A stretch of 59,999 nt of DNA, counting the filler, from Sphacelaria rigidula (taxonomy: Eukaryota), in the NCBI GenBank assembly GCA_964200075.2. It is 5 parts of 5 records of this genome, joined end to end, with 100 filler letters (N's around TTAATTAATTAA, not from the genome) between each part and the next. Parts side by side here need not be neighbours in the genome. Positions count along the whole stretch, not along the records: positions 48,081 to 59,999 come from CAXNAA020004339.1; 4 more parts are not named here. One strand, 5' to 3'. The position numbers were made by a program, and so were the translations under genes. The notes beneath the pieces were generated by a model. It saw only the letters and a program-made list of their open reading frames with translations. It was not told the DNA's origin and ran no database searches. This document shows, piece after piece, positions 52,701 to 59,999 of the stretch (positions are counted from its first letter, which is position 1; each line of letters starts with the position of its first letter).

Positions 52701-53999
52701 GTACGTTGAACGTCATATCAGCTTTTAGCGTCACGCAACGATACTTTGCACAAATGGCCCTTGGAATACCTCTGCACGCGTAAGTTTTTTCTTGTTTTTT
52801 TGGGCATTTTGTACTGGCTTCCGGAGGTTTTCACGCTCGGATCCCCAGAACCTATTCTAGTGCGGAGAAAAAAAATCGACCATGCCTTCTTCAATTGGGA
52901 GCATCAATATCTATCGAACTGCTAAAATTTGAGGGCGGTTGGAGCTTTTCTACGACAGATACGAGGGAAACCGGCTGGAGGCTTTCTGGGTCTTGAGTGC
53001 TCAACATCAGGGGAAATCCAACGACGCCTAATCCCTCATCATCGATATGCCACGGTGTTGAGTATTATTTGGTCACATCATGACCGTTTTCAACACCGTT
53101 CTTCCCGTTAGATTTCCGAGCTGAGGGTGGTTACTACGACTTGAAGCTTACAGAGGTTGGGTAGATATTGGGCTGAGAATTCGTATTTTTAATTCCAACA
53201 CAACTTGAGGACCGCTGATTGGCCGATATACCCTTTCACCTTCAGCGCCACCACTATGGCCTTAAACGAAGGTCCAGCTACGCCATTCTCTTCATTCGTC
53301 TATGGCAGGCAGGGATTGCGGAAGGTATTTGTTGATGACACAATTTTTTATAACGAGCGTGAACCAGCCTGTAGCATCTTCCGGTTGTACCAGTTACACC
53401 ACCGGGTCAGCGGTCTTGTCTTTAGATCCCACTTGGACTTCTCAAACGAGCCGCGGGTGTTGTACATGTCTTCTTGCCGAGTTCAACATATTGCACAACT
53501 CCTTGCGACTCAATTTTTCGATACATAGCAGGTACTAATAAAAAATATTGTGTAATGGTGACTTCTTGACAGACTCTTGTGGGAATCTTCCCTTACATGT
53601 GGTGGTTCCCACATGACCCTCCCTTTTCATGAACCCCTCGGAGGTTTTGAACTAGTAACCTTTTACGCCGGCTAGCGGTTGGAATCTTGTCTCTTAATTC
53701 ACATATCTTCCACGTGTGTTGGGTCATCCAACCAACAACCACCGCCGGAGATTTTCCGTGAGTTTTTGAACTCTGCTTTAGAGGGTATCCACTATTTTTT
53801 TGGCTCCCACCATTTTGGTTGGATCGGGGATTGGAACCCGGGACCTTCTGTTCGTGAAGCGTACGAGCTATCTCACTGGTGTCGCCAATGTGAAAAGGTG
53901 ATTCCTTGACAGACACTTGTGGAGATTTTCGCTTTTATGTGGTGGTTCTCACATTATTGGTAAAATTGGATTTGGAGGGAGGGGTGCATGGTTCGGCGG

Positions 54000-55310
54000 T
54001 GAGGGGAAAGTGGACATCCCCGACGGCTGACATCTACCGTATTGAGGGGGCTGTCATCTACCGTTTTGCTCCATTGTAGACTAATGCCGATAACAACTCG
54101 ATACAAAAGAGGTAGCGTTGAAACAGTGAAGCATTTGAAGTCTTCACACGCGGAAAAAATGGGAAAAGACCGCTCCCCGGGGATAAAATTAAAACATCCT
54201 CTCCCAGCTGTGCTCTCGGACGGAGCGGTACCAATCGTTTTGGCCATTAGTTTACGAACGGTGATGCCCTTGGAGACGGGACATGCATCATGGAAACGCC
54301 TAAAACCTATCCTGACGACTGATCAGCATATCTGGTCCCACCCCAGGGATGCAATACTTCAACCCCCGCACCAGAAATGCTTAGGGAGTGTTATCTGACG
54401 TTTCGGCCAGTAGCACACGAAGAACAGTGCTCCTACAGATGGAAAAGGTATCATTACATCCTCTAAAGACATATCAATTGATTTATGGCCGCACTCCATC
54501 CCTCCGATCCCGGGGATAAAATGATTTCATCCCCTGCTCCAAAACACTCAAGGGACTGTTATCTACCGTGTTGGCTTGCAACGTATCAAAGAACATGGCT
54601 GTCGGGACCAGAAAGGTATCCCTAGAATGCTTGCATCCCAGGCTAGTGGTTAATAACAACGTATCACCTTGATACCCCGGGCGGGGATGAAATCGTTTCA
54701 TCTCCATCAGGAGGAGTGTTATCTGACGTTTTGGCCAGTCGCGTACGAAGTACGATGGCCCTGGGGGCGGGAAAGGTATCACGAGAACAGCTATATCGTA
54801 CTCAATCCAGTCACCAATGACTCCCCGCCTTTGACAGCCCGGGGATGGAGTGATTCTCTCCCCTCTCCAAATACGCTTAGAGGGCTGTTATTTACCTGTT
54901 TGGCCGGTAGCGTACCGGTGGCGATGCCTGTCGGGACCATATAGGTACCGCCAGAACGCTTACATCCTACCCTATTGATTTATGATAAGCCCTCACACTA
55001 ACACCCCGGGGATAAAAGGGTTTCACCCTCTTGTTAAACGCGTTCAGAGGGGGTGTCAACCAACGTTCTGAAACAAAGCGTATACGAAGGAAACGTTCCT
55101 CTCGGACCTGGGAATGGCAGAGGTATCACTACAGCCGACATATCCCTACTTGACTCATTCATAATAACCTGCCACCGCTCCCACCCCGGGGATGGAATTA
55201 TTTCATCCTCTACTCAAATAAGCTCGGGGGTGTTACATACCATTTCCCGGCCTGTAACCTGCGAATGATTGTACCCCTGGGGACGGGAGATGTACATCAC
55301 TAGAATGTCT
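54000..55310. repeat. Highly degenerate ~168-bp tandem array
   Basis: CCCCGGGGATRRAAT-like anchors at ~54179, 54345, 54512, 54683, 54841, 55008 and 55188, each followed by ..AGGG.CTGTTATCTA.CGTTTTGGCC.. and AAAGGTATCA-like motifs. Confidence 0.75.
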
Positions 55311-58300
55311 GCAGTATAGCTGTACTATACTGCTGATAAAAAATTGCTCAGGCGGATTATGGCATACGTTCCATCATATTTTCCCGGATGTAGGCCAAAT
55401 TGTTCGAGAGCCGTCCGTCGTAGCTGCTAGAGCCATCACCTGGCGTTTACAGCCAGCTGGTGTGACCCGACTCTCACAAAAGACACGTGTCCCCTCACTA
55501 ATTTGATCAAGAGTCGATCACCGGGTTGTGGATTTGATCGACGATATGTAACACGTTGAACTCCACGTGTCACATGTACAAAATGGCATACCCTGGACAA
55601 TAGAATACACGATCGAAAAATGTACTGCGTACAGTAGGGTATGCAAAATGGCCATAATCCACTCTTATTCCAGATTCCCACCTCGGATTCGGAGTCTCCA
55701 CTGAGTTTCCAGTCGGAAATCTTTTTCATTGAGCAAGAACTCCCGATGCACGGCACTGGCCTACTTGATCGTGGATATACCTAAACACTATGACCCTACT
55801 CGTTGCTGTAACTTCAAGAGGAGGTTACAGTGGCGGTGGAGCAGTACATGTGCGAGTGTCCCAAAGCACACATGAAAAAGTTATCAGAAGGGTGTCCCAG
55901 CTCTTCCTGATGGAAAAATCAAGCAAGTCGGCAGAAAGGACGGACCCGGCAGGTCGCTCCGAAGAAAACTCCAGAAGGCATTCCGCCTACATGACACACA
56001 CTGCCCTGCTGCATGCGGCTGTACTGTTTGTTTGACATCATCCACTTTTCAAGTTAAAACTATGCCAATTCAACAGATAATATCGGTTGTGCTGATTTAT
56101 GACGTACACGATGCTAAACTGCTTGGGCAGATTTCATCACTTTCTAATGATATTTATAGGGGGAAACGATGTAAAATCCGCGCTGATGCAGCAGATCTTA
56201 CCAATGTTGTCGTTTAGGTATGGCAGTAAAACCGGAAACAACCATCAGTGAGGGTTCGTTATATCTGAGAGGCAGATACCCTTGGGTTTTCATATGCCGT
56301 GTCGCGCAAGACGCGGCCGTACAGTCGAGCCGAGCAGAACAGTCTTGTGCCAAGGACCATTGTGAAGCTGTTCGGGAAGGGGCAACGTCTGAAACATCTG
56401 CTTGCACATAGTACAGTATCAGACTCGGCCCACCGGAGACCACAATCGTCTGACTAAGACAAGGTGGTTGCGTAGTCTTTTTCTACAGGATCAACTTGAA
56501 ACCCTTAGCGGCAACGGTTCCACGTGAATATCTTGAGCTTTTCCCTACATGCAGTTGATCAATGTTTGCGGAGATTTTCACCATCTCACTTGGTTCCAGA
56601 ATGTGACAGAGTGCATGCTGCAATTTGCAATTTTCACGGATGGATCGTGGGTATTCCAACCTTGCCGAGAAGTGGTTTGCGTCGTACAGTCAGCACTACA
56701 GAACTCGTTGTACCACCGGGTAGAAGCACACACTATCAACTCCGTCGTGTATTTCCATGCTGCGATGCATTTCGTGTAATGAGTGCTTTCCTCCTCTTCC
56801 CCCCTCCGCAGTGACATGCATTCTTTGCCATCCGGGTGCCTGAGCCCGCGGCGTGTGTTTTTGGTTCGCGGGGGCAGTGAATCCCTCAGGTTCACGTCTG
56901 ATTGTATTGGACTGTGCGTCAAACGTTTACATGTGCCCATATCAACGGTACATTGATGTACCCCTTGGCGTTGAAAACAGAATCTCTCTTGCAAAACCTA
57001 TTTCAGAGGAAGTGAAAAAAACACTTCTTGATATCGGTTTTGCAGAACAAACTTTTGGTAGGCTTTTGCTTCTTATGCTCGTTTTTTTTTTTTTTCGTGT
57101 TCAAAAGTGAACATTATGCGCCGATCTGTGCATATTTTTGGTGAAGTATGCGCGACTTATGCGCCTTTTTCGCGTCGTTCTTGAGGTGGTTCCTGGCGGG
57201 TTCCTGGCGGCACCGCCCATGGAACGTACCTTCCACCAAGAAAACAAGACTGCACGTTGAACATTCCGAGATTTCACGATTGCTTGGAAGGAAGGCTCGT
57301 TCGTTTTTCCTTCGTTCATAGCTTTTGAGGATCATAAAGGAAATAATAACAAAAAATAAAAGTGGGAAAAAATAAAAAATAAATTAATGAAAAAAGTTCT
57401 GCGCTTTTCTCTCGCCCTCTGCTCCGCACTGCTCCGGAGCGGTCTCCTTCCCGTCGCGCTCTTGGGGCGCCGGAGTCCGCACCTCGGTCACCTTAACCTC
57501 TTTCCGCTCTGCCAGAGTAGTGTAGCAGTGTTGTTCCTTTTCAATGTATGAAGGCATTGTCCTGAAATTATAATTCATCATCCGCGGCGTCAATCGAAGA
57601 CGGTCATACTCCAAGGCCTAAAATATGCCGAGACTAGAGGGGGCGGACGTCCTTGGGAGAGAGGTCTCCACACCAGCACGGATACCTGGCGCTACAGACC
57701 AGCTTTCGCGCGTTTAACAGCCGGATGGGAAAGGATGCCTATCACGACGAATGCATAAAGCGTTTATTGCACGATATGTATCCGCGCAATTGTAAGTTGA
57801 CAATGTGTGTTCCCAGTGCCAGTACAACGAGTACTGTATCGTAGAACTGACTGTACGATGCGAGCCACGCCTCGACAGGGCTAGAATACCCGCGATACAT
57901 TCGTGCAAAAAAAAAAATTGCAACTCGCACTCTGTTCTATTATGGAACCGAGTGGAAACTCTGCACAAGGGTGATCACGCGCCTGCCAGAGAAAGGTTAA
58001 TATCTTCACGTGGGAGCACACTACGGAAGAACATTTGATTGATTCTGATAGAAAAAAACTACAGCAACTACCCGTCATTTTCAGACTGTCGTGGTAACGC
58101 CCAAGCTAGGTTTGGCACTGTGAGGGAGGAGATGTTGCCCCCTGCCCGAGCAGGTCCGCAGTGGTCCTTGACAGAAGATACTCATCTCCTTGGCTGCGTT
58201 GTGGGGCCGCGTCTTGCTCGGCACGGCGTATAAAACCCAGGGGCATCTGCCTCTAACATATGGAGAACCAAAAGTAGAGGTTTTTTCCGGCCTCGGTGCC

Positions 58301-58729
58301 AGCCTCGACCAACAGGGGGGCAATCTAAACAACAAGGATGGCAAGGTCTACTCCTGTCTCCGCGCGGATTTCATACCGTTACCCTCTAGAACTGTCATCA
58401 TAAAGTGTTGTTCTCGGAATCACTGCAGCATCGTGCATAATCATCCTTTCAAGCCACGTAGCGCACAAGACGCCCTGGGTCACCGACACTGCTGCGTCAA
58501 CACCTACCTGCGGCTTCAGTCCACACACACGTCAAGTTTCAGTATCATCAGACGCCTGGTGTACTGTATTGGGGCGCCTAATCTCCAAAAATATCGCCTC
58601 CATAATATTGAAAATGAATAACACTTGAAAAAAGCCGACGAAAACGAGCAGCTGGGAATTCCCATGCTTGGGTTCGTTTTCGCCAATGTTGCACACGTCG
58701 GACAGATCAGCTCCCTATAGCTCGAGCTA

Positions 58730-59999
58730 GCTCTTTTTGAGCGTAGCTTCCTAGTGAGCTATGAGAGCTACATGAGCTACGCATGTTTTTCCTGGGGTGA
58801 GCTATGAGAGCTACATGAGCCACGCATGTTTGCCCTGGATGAGCTACCAACCCGTAGCTTATTAGCTCATATTCGTCCTGGGTGAGCTATGAGAGCTGTA
58901 TGAGCTACGCACGTTTGCGATAGGTGAGCTGCCAACCCGTAGCTCATCAGCTCTTATTCGTCGTGGTTATGAGAGCTGCATGAGCTACGCATGTTTGCCC
59001 TGGATGAGCTACCAACCCGTAGCTCATCAGCTCATATTTGCCCTGGGTGAGTTATGAGAGCTGCATGAGCTACGCATGTTTGCCCCGGATGAGCTATGAG
59101 AGATGAATGAGCTACACATGATTGCCCTGGGTGAGCTATGAGAGATGCATGAGCTACACATGTTTACCCTGAATGAGCTATGAGAAGTAGGTGAGCTGCG
59201 AGTAATTGCCCTGGATGAGCTATGAGAGCTACGATTGCTTATCCCTTTGATCGCGAGGGTAGGAGGTCGCTGAAACGGCATCATTCATACCCGAAAAATA
59301 AAGTGAAGTATGCTGATTTATCAGATCGCTGACCCTCGCGGTCAGTGTGCTAACCCCTTGACGGCGAGCATAAGCCATTTGTTGAATCGGCTCCAATCTC
59401 ACTTGAAAAACGTATACATGAACAGATGGACTCGTACCCTTGCGGCCAACCGATCAAAAGAGACGGATCGGTCGATTATTGTAGACACTGATCATCAATA
59501 TTTGTTCTAACCATCCGACCAAGCGAACGAGGATATGTGTTGGCTTCTTTTCTTCCCATCGCGAAGAGTGAGGCAAAACATCACAACCTAATGATACGTG
59601 GCGCCATCCGTTCGAACAAGAATGTCACATCATAAGCGACACGGGATTGGCCAGCGGTGAGTTAGGCATATGACGTGAGTGAGCCACGACCATGTGTCCG
59701 TAGGGTGAGCTACCGGGCGTAGCTCATCCTCTCATGTTTCCCCTGTGTGAGCTACAAGAGCTGCGTGAGCTACACATGTTTGCCTTGGGTGATCTATCGA
59801 GCGTAGCTCATTCGCATATGTTTTCCCTGGGTGTGCTATGAGAGCTACATGAGCTGCACATGTTTGCCCTGGATGAGCTACCAACCCGTAGCTCATCAGC
59901 TCATATTCGTCCTGGGTGAGCTATGGGAGCTGTATGAGCTACTCACGTTTGCGATAGGTGAGCTGCCAACCCGTAGCTCATCAGCTCATATTCGTCCTG
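58730..59999. repeat. GAGCT-rich 42-43-bp satellite with ~85-bp higher-order unit, interrupted at ~59235-59690
   Basis: GAGCTATGAGAGCT / GAGCTACCAACCCGTAGCT units at 58756, 58799, 58841, 58884, 58926, 59006, 59049, 59091, 59133, 59175 and 59217; the array resumes from ~59700 to the end. Confidence 0.9.

Overview
Eukaryotic genomic DNA, most likely a brown alga (Phaeophyceae, Ectocarpus-like). This is inferred from ~50% GC, many short exons in long GT-AG introns, 42-aa TPR exons and a recurring tRNA-derived SINE. The window is not contiguous: five contigs (1-11921, 12022-23942, 24043-35961, 36062-47980, 48081-59999) are joined by 100-nt N/TTAATTAATTAA linkers. Spliced genes that can be reconstructed by hand are the 3' end of a TPR-repeat gene (5 exons), an apparently complete 94-aa Cupin_3/DUF861 gene with a GC-AG intron, one exon of a ZDHHC3/7-like palmitoyltransferase, a large low-complexity exon with an internal duplication, ten internal exons of RRP5 and the first two exons of ALG5. 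The rest is SINEs, MITEs, decayed transposons and degenerate tandem arrays. The most unusual pattern is that five sequence-unrelated arrays on three contigs share a ~42 bp period, and a sixth has a ~168 bp (4x42) period. One of them is a TIR-bounded array of a conserved palindromic motif separated by non-repeating spacers. No evidence was seen for a prokaryotic-type system such as CRISPR-Cas.
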